A DNA stretch of 64,000 bases, taken from the NCBI GenBank assembly GCA_000320545.1, contig ADNK01001386.1, positions 1 to 64,000 of the forward strand, read 5' to 3'. The stretch comes from Bigelowiella natans CCMP2755 (taxonomy: Eukaryota > Protista > Cercozoa). A program made the translations under genes and the position numbers. This document shows, in pieces, positions 48,136-61,176 of this stretch (positions are counted from its first letter, which is position 1; each line of letters begins with the position of its first letter). The notes beneath the pieces are model-generated. The model was not told where the DNA came from, made no database searches, and was given only the letters and a program-made list of their open reading frames with translations.

Positions 48136-48738
48136 CTTTGTGTTTCACCGCTCTCACCAACCGCTTTGGCAAGGAGCTGACCACGTCGATGGAGTTGTTG
48201 AGGTCCTCCGATTGGGACACAGCTCTTTCGATTAGATCAAATGCTTATTTCTTCCATGTCGTATAAGGAAATTCCCATGTATTACCATGAAATATTTGAC
48301 TATCAGCAATTTTACATTCTAAAGTATTCTCATCTGCGCGTCTCATCCACGAAACGCACTAGAATTTATCCAAGAATCAAACTGACATGACTCAAACAGA
48401 AGAAAATTAAGGGATAAAGGCAAAATCTGCAGGGATTTTTAGGCGGGGCGACATCGCTAATTCTCAAAAATACAGGGCAATTTAGCTTGTAGAAAAGCCT
48501 CTGGTGCAGAATAGGAAATAAACCGCATGAAATTGCCTGAATGGGGAAAATCTAACGGGAACATTTTCTGTGTCGCCAGAGGTGTGGGGGGGCGGCAGGG
48601 GTGGCTGGAGCGTGCATGCACGAATATTTTATGAGTCCTTCACGAACTATGTAGTTAAAGTCCACCAATGTCAAGCATTCCTACCTCGCACAGACTCTCC
48701 GCCCACTAATTTTTTGTTCCAATACATGCAGCAAGCCA

Positions 48739-50215
48739 ATGCTGCTGTTACTGCTGACCGCTGCTGCTCTCCTAGATCACAAGGCAGAGGCTAAGCTGCC
48801 TCACTTCCGATGCGAACAGGTTGGCATGAAAGAAATTTACGTAATAGTTATACAGTCTGATCTTTTGTGACGACATTTCGTCACCCCACCCGCCCCTTCA
48901 GCACTATGGAAAACTGATCAATCAGACAGTCACTGAGCAGTGCATATCAGACAGCAGGTGACGCTTACTATATATCTCCTACCAGCCTCATATTTTTGCA
49001 ATTATTCTTCAATCGAATCCATGTAGAGGGATTACAGCATGGCTTGAGTCGTTTGCATTTACAACGTTTGTATTTCTACTAGATGTGCCGTCTGCCTCCC
49101 ACGTAATCTCTGCGTTGAAAAGCATCCGTCCCCTTCTAAGTGCCCAGGTGCGTGCTAACAACGGCTTCAGCCTATCACAGCAATGATAACGTAGATAATT
49201 CTGCGCCTTATTTGTTTTCTTGTCCGATGACAAACCAGAGGGCTGCGCGTTCGAGAGGAAAACGAAGAACGCTTCCTGCCATCTCCCGTATGGTTTTTGT
49301 TATCTACTGACGAGTTTAAATCATAGCTAGTAAGAAATTATAACCTGATGATGTTACTAGGTTGAAGGCGGGCTCTCGAAAGATTCCGTACGACGAGGCG
49401 GAGGCTAAAAAGTACAGCTCTTTTTTCCAAAAAAAAAGAGGGGCAGAGAAGGGAGAATATTATGCAAGACTTATGATGTATGTACATGTAAGCACTGCCT
49501 CAAAGGTCTCCCGGATGTAACTGGGCCCGAGGCCGTTACTGCTGTGAAGGGGGGTCAACGAACAGTGCGAGATTTTGTTCTCATTAAAAGCACCTAGGAA
49601 TATCATCCACAGCACCAGTGCGATCCCACTCGTATTGCGTGTCAATGGAATCGTGATGATGATGCTCGGTCTTTAGAAACGGCATCATTGATTCAGTAGC
49701 ATCCTATCTCGCACCAGTTGCCTCACATCATCATTATCATCGTGTTCTTCTTCTTCTTATCACAACCACGCAACCAGATACGTGCATCTAGCCGGTGCTT
49801 CCTACTGCCCTGTGGACCAAATTCAAGCATGGACTTGCAAGTAAAATAATGGACTATGATGATGATGATGGTGGTGATGGTGATGGTGATGGTGGTGATG
49901 ATGGATCATGTAAAAGCGAGGATGGTCATGCTGATGATCAAGATGTATAAGGAGATGAACATTATTTTGGTGATTACGCTGTCTTTTTGGTAGCTCTCTT
50001 ATACAAAGTAGTAGTGATCTTAGCTGACGACGAATAATTGTGTGATGATGGTAGGCAATGCAAGCCTGGATTCTCTCCCAAAGTGGTGATGAACAATGAT
50101 GCGAAGATACTCAGGGGGTCAGTCAGTCAGTCAGTCAGTCGTTCGGTGGTCGAAATGACTCTCTCTGATTGTGAAGAGTGGCAAATCTTCCATCCATCGT
50201 TTCTACTTACTTCCA

Positions 50216-50283
<68 letters not shown>

Positions 50284-50909
50284 AGCACGCTATGGGCGTC
50301 GTCGTCGTCGTCGTCGTGATATTTGATGAAGATCTCTGTTGTTTCTTCCTCAGGTACATTGGGATTGATGAGGTCGAGAACGCTGTTGTCATTGCCTTCC
50401 GAGGCACGGTCACTACTATCAAGGACTGGTCGTCAATCATGCCATTAGTTGTAGTACCAGCGGCACTAGAGCAGTAGAGCAGTAGCGTAAGTAGTAGTAT
50501 AAGTAGTAGTAGTAGTAGTAGTCGTCGTCGTCGTAGTAGTGGTAATCGTGAAAGAGGGGGAAGTGCTGGTTGCAGAAGTAAACGCATCATACGACGAAAG
50601 AGACTACTATATTGTAGTGCAGTACATGTACCAAAGTTTTGGTTCTACTCCTCCTCCTCCTCCTCCTCCTCCCCCTCCTCCACCTACTACCGCTGCTGCT
50701 GCTACTACTACTACTATTCCGACTAGTAACTTACTACTTTTCTGCTTGTGGTTGGTTGCAGGATAACGGATTTAGATATATTCAAGATTTCGCCATACAC
50801 TGACCTGCCGCAAGTTCAGGTAGAATGCATGCTCCGTATAACGTCTACGAGGGATTCATGAAAAGGCAACGAGCATGTTTTTGGGGAAAAAAATTCAAGT
50901 TTGATCATT

Positions 50910-50951
<42 letters not shown>

Positions 50952-50986
50952 CCCACGTTGATGGTCGCTAAGCAACGAGCTATTTG

Positions 50987-51034
<48 letters not shown>

Positions 51035-51165
51035 TCTCTTCTTCTACTAATGCTTTTACATTCCCCCTCCCGCAAAAGGTCCATAGGGGCTTCTACCTAT
51101 CATTCAAGTACTTTGAGCCACAAATACTCGACTTCCTTCAAAATATGGTACTAGTAGTAGTGCAG

Positions 51166-51196
<31 letters not shown>

Positions 51197-51313
51197 CTTT
51201 TTGTGGTAGTGGTGGTGGTGGTGGTGTTTAGTGGTAGTCCTTGTACAATCTTCATCTTTCATGTTGCATATACTTACAACCCCCCCTCCCCTCTCCCCCT
51301 GTCCCGCCTCTCC

Positions 51314-51380
<67 letters not shown>

Positions 51381-52140
51381 ATGTTCAATTTCAATACCAG
51401 GGCGCACCAGCGCCAAAGATCGTAGTCACAGGCCACTCTCTTGGAGGAGCAATTGCCACCGTTTGCGCATTCACCCTGATGCATGTGCATGGATATGAAA
51501 TCGAGAGAGTCGTAACTTTCGGAGAACCGCGCGACGGAGACACGAATTTCGCGTCGATTTACGGTCTGAACATCGAGAATTTAAACTTGTATGTACACAC
51601 ACACGCACACACGCACACGCGCGCGCGCACACACACACACACACGTATACCCACTCCAATTTTTTTAATAAAGTGTGTTTGTCCGTTTATGTAATATGTT
51701 GGTGCGCGTATTTAATGCACAGTTGTATGGGTTTCTTGTGTGTGTTGTGTGACTGAATACATTGCCTGCATATTCCTTTGTGTTTTACGTGTCGATGGCA
51801 ATAGACACGACGATTCCCAATCACTGGAGGGTTACGCATGCAAAAGTAGTAAGATGCAAGCGAATAATGACACTAGCAAGAGTGCTCTCTTGAGCATTCA
51901 TTAACATCGATTTGAACAACATTTTCCGTTACCACCATCCATCTTCTGCACTTCCCTCCTCCTCCTCCTCCTCCTCCTCCTCCTCCTCCTCCTCCTCCTC
52001 CTCCTGGAACTTCACTCCTAATATACTATTTGGCATCATCGTCATCACCAGGACATCGTTCCCCACGTCCCCATTCCGTGGCAAGGGTTTTATCACGTCG
52101 CTACAGAGGTATCATCAACTATTATAAAAATTATTACTGC

Positions 52141-52179
<39 letters not shown>

Positions 52180-52599
52180 GTAGCAAGGTTGAGGGGGGAT
52201 TATGATTGGGAACAGGCTGAAACAAACAACCATTTTGCAGGTGTGGTACCCATCACAGGACTACGTTCCCGAGCAGTACACCATATGCGACGGGTAGAAG
52301 TTAATCATCACCGTGAAAACGAATATGAAACAAACGATTCGCCGTGCCTGACCCCATCATTGTATACGCTTATGCTCGCTTGCGTGCACGAAGCACACAG
52401 AGCGGCATTCACGGACGATGCAGGCGATGATGATGATGAAGATGATGAAACCTAACTTTCGCACACGTATGTAACAAACACCTCTTTCTCTTTAAACAGA
52501 TCTGGTGAGGATCCTACGTGCTCCGACAGTGTCATGGACACATCCGTTGACGACCATCTCACATATATTGGAATCCCTCTAGGCTCTGATGCATGTTGA
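48739..52599 (+). CDS. Secreted class 3 lipase, multi-exon
   Basis: Signal peptide MLLLLLTAAALL; motifs AGASYC, VVIAFRGT, VHRGF, VTGHSLGGA (catalytic Ser), TFGEPRDG, RVTH.KDIVPHVP, EVWY, GEDPTCS and DHLTY. Confidence 0.9.
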
Positions 52600-53918
52600 T
52601 TTTCAACCGAATAGATAGATGACAATGGGATCAAAAACGTATTTCTCTTTTATACGATGTCTAGCTGGGCAAGCTTGTTCATCCACACAAAATGTTTGTT
52701 TCCTCAGCTCTGCAGTTCATGTATAGACCTTTATTCTCCATCGTATTCTCATGAGACCATTAATCAGCAAATAGATTAGATTTACTGTATAGATAATGAC
52801 AAGATTTCGAATTTAATAACATGCAAATCGAGAACAACAACTTCGCAACGCATGCTCATGTCTCGATGTGACATGCTCATGTGATCATGTGATCGTTAGA
52901 GAAAGCATGCTGTGTGAGTGATCGATTGGTCTAGCACTTTCTAGCTTTCCACATCAAGCTCGTTGTTCGAACTGATGACTTTCGAGCTAGTAGTGCCATT
53001 GACAGGGCTCCCTGTGCGATGCTCTGCTGAAACAGCCAAATTCAGTGCACTGCTAGCTAGCTAGACTGCGACGCAATCGGTTTTGGACCTGCACGGAATG
53101 AAGCGAGAAGGCAACATTTGCGAATGTGTAGTGCAGATAGCTAGATCGCATGAAACGACTAGCTGAGAACGCCATGGAGCGCGTCATCATGTGAAATGCG
53201 TGCACATTTACTAGACGTGATGCAGTCAGTGATGCTAGCTAGCTAGGGTGGCCTGCACCGACACACTCTAGCACTAGCACATCTAGACATGTTGGCAAGC
53301 ATGCTCTGGTGCTAACAGTGACTACAGAAGGCTCTGGCTAGCTAGCTAAGTGCTAGACTGGTCTCAAATAGCAGATCTCTAGATTTACTTGTGCAGATCT
53401 TGTTAGTACGTGGATGTTTGAACATGTCATGTCTGCTGGCTAGCTAGCTAGCGTTAGCTAGTTAGTCTGGCGCGCAAATTGAATGATCAAACATCGCATC
53501 TAGCTAGCTACGCTAGCTAGCTAGATTTAACTAGTGACTAGATCTAGAGATCAATTTGTGCCGAATATGACGGTGTAGCGCTGTAGCGCAAGCTAGTAAG
53601 CTATGTCGAAATGTCTAAAATTTAATGATGGGATTTATTAGCGCGCATGCATGATGCTAGTGTAGCGTTTTGTCTGGTTGCTCTAAATGCATTCTGCAGC
53701 TCATCATGTAGACCATGCAGATAGAGGTTTACTATTCACAATGTATCACATATCATACATTTATTTACAAATGCAAGTGAAATAGGTGCAGCAACTGCGA
53801 ATTCACTCCTACGTACAAGGAGAGACTAGATAAATGTGCCAAGTATGCGGCCACGACGAAACTAAAGCAATTTTAGTAATCAAGTGATTGAAGATATTTT
53901 TAATGCCATATTGTTGTC

Positions 53919-54433
53919 CTACATCTTCCCTTCATTGAGGCGCAGCAACCTCGCTTTCAACCGTGACTCAGCGGCCTTGAATAAAGCTTCCTCCTTAACA
54001 ATCTTGTCTTTCAGGGATTGGGGGACTCCAGACCATTTGTTATCCAAGACACAACTCAGAGCGTCTTCCTGGTCGCCGAAACCAAAGATGTTAGAAGCAT
54101 TTCTGTTGCGATGGCGAACTGCAGTACCAAGAGATGATGAGGAGGCAGCCTTGGCCTTGGCCGCCAGGGAGAGGAACAGGTTTTTGATGTTACGTCTTTT
54201 TGACAAACGCTGAGGAGATGCAACCTGTTCTCGCCCACGCTTTCGGCGAGAAAGGAGAGAGACAGCAAAGGGCGTTTGAACGTCGTCATCGGTATCAACT
54301 GGGGCTCCTTCTGGTGATCCATAAGACGGCTTGTTACCTTTGTTTTTTATCATTTTCCCATCAAGTCCTACTTGCCCCATTTTCGGTAATGCATCAGAGA
54401 CAGCATCAGAAACGCTAACTATGCTGCTGCTGT

Positions 54434-54468
<35 letters not shown>

Positions 54469-55381
54469 GCTGCAGGTGTGGTAGTCCTGCTGCAGTTGGT
54501 GACACTTCCTCCATTATTACCAGATGCATCGTTTGTCTTTGGCTTACTAAAACTGAAACGACTCCTATTGATGTGTACCCCGCTGCTGCTGCTGCAGCCC
54601 TTCAAATGGTGTCTTCTTCCTTGGAGCTTTCTGGTAGCAGCAACAACACTATCATGAGCAGCAGCAACCAAGCCACCACTACCGCTTCGAACGCTATGGC
54701 CAGCCGGAGAAATGGCCGCGGCAGTAGTAGTGGACGGGGTAGCTTGAGCAGCGTCAGGAGTAGAATAGCTGGATTTCCTGTCGCTTTGATGCTGCTGCTT
54801 CGAAAGGGCTGCAAGTATTGCCTCGCATCTGCCGCGAGCCGTTAGAAAACTACCCCGCTTCTTCGTTTTCACCATTGCTGTCAAAACACCGTCATTTAAC
54901 AGGACGGAAGGTCCTCTGCTGCTATGTGCTGAAGATACTCCGCGGCTGTTTTGCATCTGCTTTGGTGGTTGCTTGAGAGAAAAGCTATTTATCGTGGGAT
55001 TGGTGAGCTTTGTACTTGCCCTACTTGAAGGAGGCAGGAGATAGGATATCAGTTGTCGCCTTCGCTTCAGTAGCTGATTCTGGTTCTGTGGATGCCTACG
55101 TGCTCTGACAATTGTGCGTACAACGTCAATGGTTTTTGATGTTCTCTTGGAGAAGTTGTGATAGTCAGGGCGTGACGACGAGGATCGCTTTGGAATGGGT
55201 AGAAGGTCAATTCGGCTATTGGGTATACGTCTGAGCTTCTCGAGAAATTCGACAGAGAGGCGCTGTCTTACAAGAGATGTCGTTGCAGCAATGTCGCTTC
55301 CCAACCCCTGCGTATGCTGGAAGTTAGGAAACAGAACCAAAATTGAATTTCTCCATAGAATAAATCTAAGAATTATCGATG

Positions 55382-55426
<45 letters not shown>

Positions 55427-56270
55427 CTTTCCCCCTTCGGTATCCGATATATTCACACTTAGTCGCATCTCACAGTCTAGCTTCATTATACAATGCACAC
55501 ACCTGGGGAGGGGTTCCTGGCTTGAGAGGCGGTGTCTTGATATGCGATGATACCTCAAGGGAAGTTTCGGATGATGAACGCGACGAGGGGGATGTGGCAG
55601 ATGAGGAAGATATAGAATGCCTTCGTAACCTTTCTTCACGGTTAATTTCTGCCTCTATCAATTCAAGTCTGCTGAGAGTTCTGACATTATGTACGTGAAG
55701 AGGAAATAATAAGGCTACTGTTCTCTCCATTTAGATAGTGTGAATATCCTCTCACGAGCTCACATGTAGAAGAGATAATGTTGTGGCGTATCTTGGAATC
55801 AAACCTTCGCAAAAGGAAAGGGTTGGAAGCCATGATGTTCGAATATTGGTCATCGCTTGGTTGATGTTCGCGGAATTGGTCATCAGCACTGAATTTTCGG
55901 CTTCTGTCCTGCTTCCACGGCATCAAGCTTCGGCTGGATTGTAATTCCAACTCGAGCATTTGGGGAATTCTTCGCATCAGATTTCGGAAAGCACTGGGGG
56001 GGGTGGGAAGTGATGTGGCCGTCCTTGTGCGTCGTGAAATGGTTTGTGAGTTCCACTGTTATGTGATTCCAAGATTCAGACTGGAACCACCAAAAAAACA
56101 GTTAATGCGATGAGACGGCGTCGTCGTTTTTTATGGACGACAACATAAAAGGAGATGATCACGGATCCCGCGCCTGTGATGTCCACTATTCTCAGTTTTC
56201 AACTGGCACCGGAACACTGTGCCTTTTCTGACGTGTTCACGGCCGACAGGAAGCACGCGACTCATCTTGG
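53919..56270 (-). CDS. Hypothetical S/R/K-rich low-complexity protein, multi-exon; 5' end uncertain
   Basis: 473-codon terminal ORF 53919-55340 plus upstream open stretches at 55500-55695 and 55760-56080 with plausible splice sites. Confidence 0.5.
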
Positions 56271-57301
56271 CCTTTTTTTTGGAACGGAAACTATGCTATC
56301 AAACACGTCACGCACAGAGTGTGCAATCTGTGTGTGAGTGAGGGAAAAAACACACGGGTACCAAGATGCACCCTCACAACTCGCATCCTCACTCTTAAGT
56401 CCCTGGTGTTACCCTCGATTTGTTCGCTACGCAGGGGATTTCGCCCTCAAAGAGGCTTGAGACAAACAGGCGTGGCACTTTCGGAGAATGTCAGAGCAAT
56501 GTAGGAAGAAGAACACTTCTCCAACCAACGAAAGCAAGAAATAGGAACTCGTAAAAAACTGTTTTCCACAGAGTCAATGTGATTTTCTGGAGCTCGAGGC
56601 GGCATGCAGTGAATCTGATGCAAAACACCCTTTCTTGAAAATCACTTTTTCGATAATGTGCCGCAAAATGTAAGAGTTTAGAGGAAGCACTAAAAACAGT
56701 TAATTTTGACAGACATGCCACTTTTGCCACAATTGACTCGAAACTTGTCAGAATTGACTTTTTTCCCACAGTCCTCGAGCATCAAACATTTCACGACCCC
56801 AAAGCGTACAAAGGAAGGAAGGAAAAAAAGTGCATCATGTTAAGTTTTCGTCTCACGAAAGCGTCACGGGCAATACATTGTCCTTTTTCGCCGCTTCGCC
56901 GGCAACGGAGCAATTTCAAATGGCCACTTGCCTCCGAAGACCAATTCGAGATTTTTATTGAGCCGAACGGCCAACGTTTTACGGATGCGTCACAAACATT
57001 CTGTGCAAAAAAGTACCTACCGATTACGAGCACATCATTGCCATTGAGCATCGCGGAATACCTTGAATACCGACGAGCGACTATCTGAGTCTAGATCGAA
57101 CACTCGAAAGTGTGCCTTCAAATCTTTGGAATGACGGGAAGAAGTTCCTGTTCCTGCTGTTCACCTGAACGGGCCGCAGTTTCCATGTCGCAGATGCGTT
57201 TCTGGTCGGGTTCTGCAATGTTGTTGTTGTCGCAATGCTGGAAACGGTGAAGTTGTCTATAACCACAGCTTCCGGTTGACCACTGCCGATTCGAACACGG
57301 A

Positions 57302-57965
57302 ATGAAGGCCGCATCGATTGTAGCACCTGCCCTTGCTACGCTATCTTTCTTTGTGGCAATCAGTGTTTTGTATTGGAGATCATCTGGGGAGAATGCTGGG
57401 TTCATAGCCATCTCAACGAGGAGGTTAATTAAATGTCTCTTGACGAGGAGGCGTGATCAAAGCACGTTGTTGTTTCTAATTCCCGATGCAATCAATGTTG
57501 TGTTATTTAGAGCCTCCTCGCGAAGTCAACGGCTAGACCTTCTTGGTACTAGGCAAAGGCTACTCAAACATGAAGAAATGGCGGCGAACATTAGGAAGAG
57601 GAGGGAAGACAATAACTGCGGTCATCGCTTTCGTCGTTCCTCCGTTGTTACCCCAAGATACTCATTAAGTATTTATTCTAATCTTAATTCTGAGCGCAAG
57701 CACTTTCACATACATAAAGAATAAATGATCGAAGACCGCAAGCTAATCTTTATCATTTCGTCGCTATAGTAATAGTAATAATAATAATAATAATAATAAC
57801 AATAGTTACAATACTAATAGCAGGCACTCCAGATGGACTACTACCTTCAGCCAATGAACACATGCCAGAGCTGCCGGTTGTTCAACCCAAAGCGCCGAAG
57901 ATCCTATGCATTACGCACGCAGACCATCCAAGTCCTATCAAGTGAGACTAGTAGTATGGAGTAGA

Positions 57966-58036
<71 letters not shown>

Positions 58037-58534
58037 CCGATTTGTGGAGAGAGAGAGAGGGGGGGGGTGGAGGGTAGGAGGAAGAGAAAAATTGAAGGTG
58101 TATATTCCACTCCATAGTTGTTTTGTTCTATCTCCTCCTAATAGATAGATGTTCTCATCATAGGTACCCTTCTCGCATCAACGAGGGAGAACAGGCTTCA
58201 TGGGGAGATGTAAGTACACAGAGGAGGAGGAGGAGGAGGAGAAGGAGGAGGAAGGGAAACATGAGACAACAGGAGAGGACAGATGAAGAACTAAATCAGT
58301 CGTTTTGATACCATGTACACATACAGTGTTACACAATTTTTATCTGTACATATTCTTGGAGGTAGATGCTGTCAAGAGCTCCTGAATCAACATCATTTCA
58401 CATTTGACAGGTGCTAGTTCAGATGAAGCGAAGACTGGCATGGACGGAAAACGGGTGTGTGTCTGTGTGTGTGTGTGTCTGTGTGTGTGTGTGTGTGTTG
58501 ATGCGTAGGATGATGATAACGATGATGATAATGG

Positions 58535-58569
<35 letters not shown>

Positions 58570-59557
58570 GCCAATCAATGGAGTCAGTTACTGATCGATA
58601 GGAGGAGGCGACAACAATCAAAGCTCTTATTGCACACATCATTGTTTTTGTGTGCAGCTTTGAGATGACTGTACTGGATGCCGATGAACTAACGACCAGC
58701 ATCCTCAAGTACGACAACATTATCACAAAAATCAACCCAAAAATGTATCTTTACTATTGGATTAGAGAGAGAGAGAGGGGGGGGGAGGGGAGGGAGGAGG
58801 GAGAGTATTGTTGTATGTGTTATTCACACGGCCATCCTGATGGTGAGTGGATCACGACACTGTAGTGAAGAGGCGGGCAAAGCGGACATCTTCTTCTTCG
58901 TATCTCTCGGTATATATATCTACTGATCATGCTATGACATCTCTGATATAAACAGCTAAAAAGCAACAAGAACTTGTTGTGAGTCGTCTCAATAAACATA
59001 GCAGTACTTTTCGCTCTCTACCCCCCCCCTTCCCACCCCTTATTCATTATTTTCCTGTTTGTTCTTGGTGTTTTAGGCAGAAATTCTACCGCGAACGAGA
59101 TGATAGCAAGCTATACGCAAGCAATCCCTACGGGTACTACTAGTTCTTAGCGGTGGTGGTGTTGATGGTGATGATGGTCATAATGAGACTGAAAATCAAG
59201 AGGAGGAGGAGGAAAATAGAAGAGGCGATGATGTTGATGAATTGCCGATTAGGCGTGTGCTTGGGCTGCTCACCTGATATGGACCAGATCTCAAGGTAGG
59301 AACAGCGACTGCAGTGCGGCACATGATGTTAATCGTTCTTGGACGCTACTTTCTTTTGTGTTAATTGAAATCAGGTTGGATTATCAGCCAGCATCGGCAT
59401 TTGGATCCGGAGGAGGTAGTGAGGAGAGAGAGGAATGCTGGAAATTGAAAGAGACCTCTTGTAGTCGCATGCGTCATGCTAATCTTACAAGCTGAGGCAA
59501 GTTGTTCATGTTGGTTGTGAGGCCGTGGTGATGTTTGCCATGCCCATGCTTTCTCAG

Positions 59558-59597
<40 letters not shown>

Positions 59598-60088
59598 GTG
59601 TAAAGGACTGATGATGTATTGCTTGTTTTCATGATAGCCGCTACAGTATTCATCTATTTTGCACCCTTACTACCTCCTCCTCCTCAGTAGTAGTAGTAGT
59701 AGCAGCACTAGTATCCCTCTTTAATGATACAACGTTAATGTACGCACGTGCTATTATTGTATTAACAACTCACTCGATCAATCATATTCAGGAACAGTGA
59801 ACATCCCTTTCCTCCCCCCATGGTAGCTACTCACCTATCACAACAACGGCCACATGTCTAGTAGCATCATCATGAAACAGCTAACTACCACCCCCCCCCC
59901 CCCACTAAACACACACACACACACACACACACACACTGATACACACACACTGATACACTTTCAATTCTATTGAAGTACAGTATTCCGAGGCATTTATGTG
60001 TTAAATCTATCGTATCAGGTCAATGGCCTCACAAATAGGGAGAACCTTTAAAAGTGGGTTGTTAGGACGAAACTTAGAGAATAAACCA

Positions 60089-60120
<32 letters not shown>

Positions 60121-60216
60121 ATGGTGATGGTGGTGATATCGATGTGCAGAAAATATTAGAAGGTAGAAAGTTCCATGAAAGAAAGAGATCATACAACATA
60201 CGCACTCACGCACATA

Positions 60217-60264
<48 letters not shown>

Positions 60265-60284
60265 TATATATACTATATATATAT

Positions 60285-60361
<77 letters not shown>

Positions 60362-61140
60362 AGCGAGTGTATGTGTGGTATGTGCACACTGTAAAGAAGG
60401 CCAGTGAAGATTCAGATCTCCTCTTGTCGCTATATTATTATTACTATTACTATTACTATTATTATGATTCTCTCGGTAGCTATAAACGACCTATTTTCCC
60501 GTGGCAACCACCTGGATCTGTACTACGCTTTCCTCACCCTTATCAACGAGGTAGTGTGTACACACGCATGACCAAAGGATTGGTTTGCCTTGCTGTAACG
60601 ATGTTTCCTTCTCAGCTTAGATTTTTATACGATTCGTTGCTATTATCCGGTGTGTTCTTTGGGATGATTGCGTGTTTAAACCCCTCCTCTCCTTCAGGTT
60701 GAGCCCGTCGGCCTGCTAGGTAGTACTCAGCTAATAATGATGACGGAAATCACTACTTATGCATGTTTTGTCGTGGGAAAAGAAAGGGAGCGTGGCGCTG
60801 CTACTGCCTCCTCCCCCCCGATCATTTAAACGAATAACAATGATATGATTAGGCGCGAATTCTAAGCTAGACGCACGAGGGCTCGTCTGCCTTGTGAGGA
60901 ACTGCAGAAGGCCCCTGGTAACCGCAACAACTCTTGTGCGCTTTTCGCACACAAAGCGCGACAAGCAGAAGCGACTGATCGTCGAGCCTTTCATTCCTTT
61001 CCCAATGATGAGCAGCTCATTCGTGCATCGTATGTCCGGCAAAACCAACTAGCATATCCTGCCGACTAGGAGTGCCGGCAAGCCGATGCTGCATTGCGTG
61101 CTAAATAAACAGCCGCGTTGAACCAAGAAACAACAAAGAC

Positions 61141-61176
<36 letters not shown>

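Noticed and set aside
56791-57411. Minus-strand ORFs of 81-97 aa
   Set aside because: They overlap the VDR leader and promoter, with no motifs or convincing splice chain.
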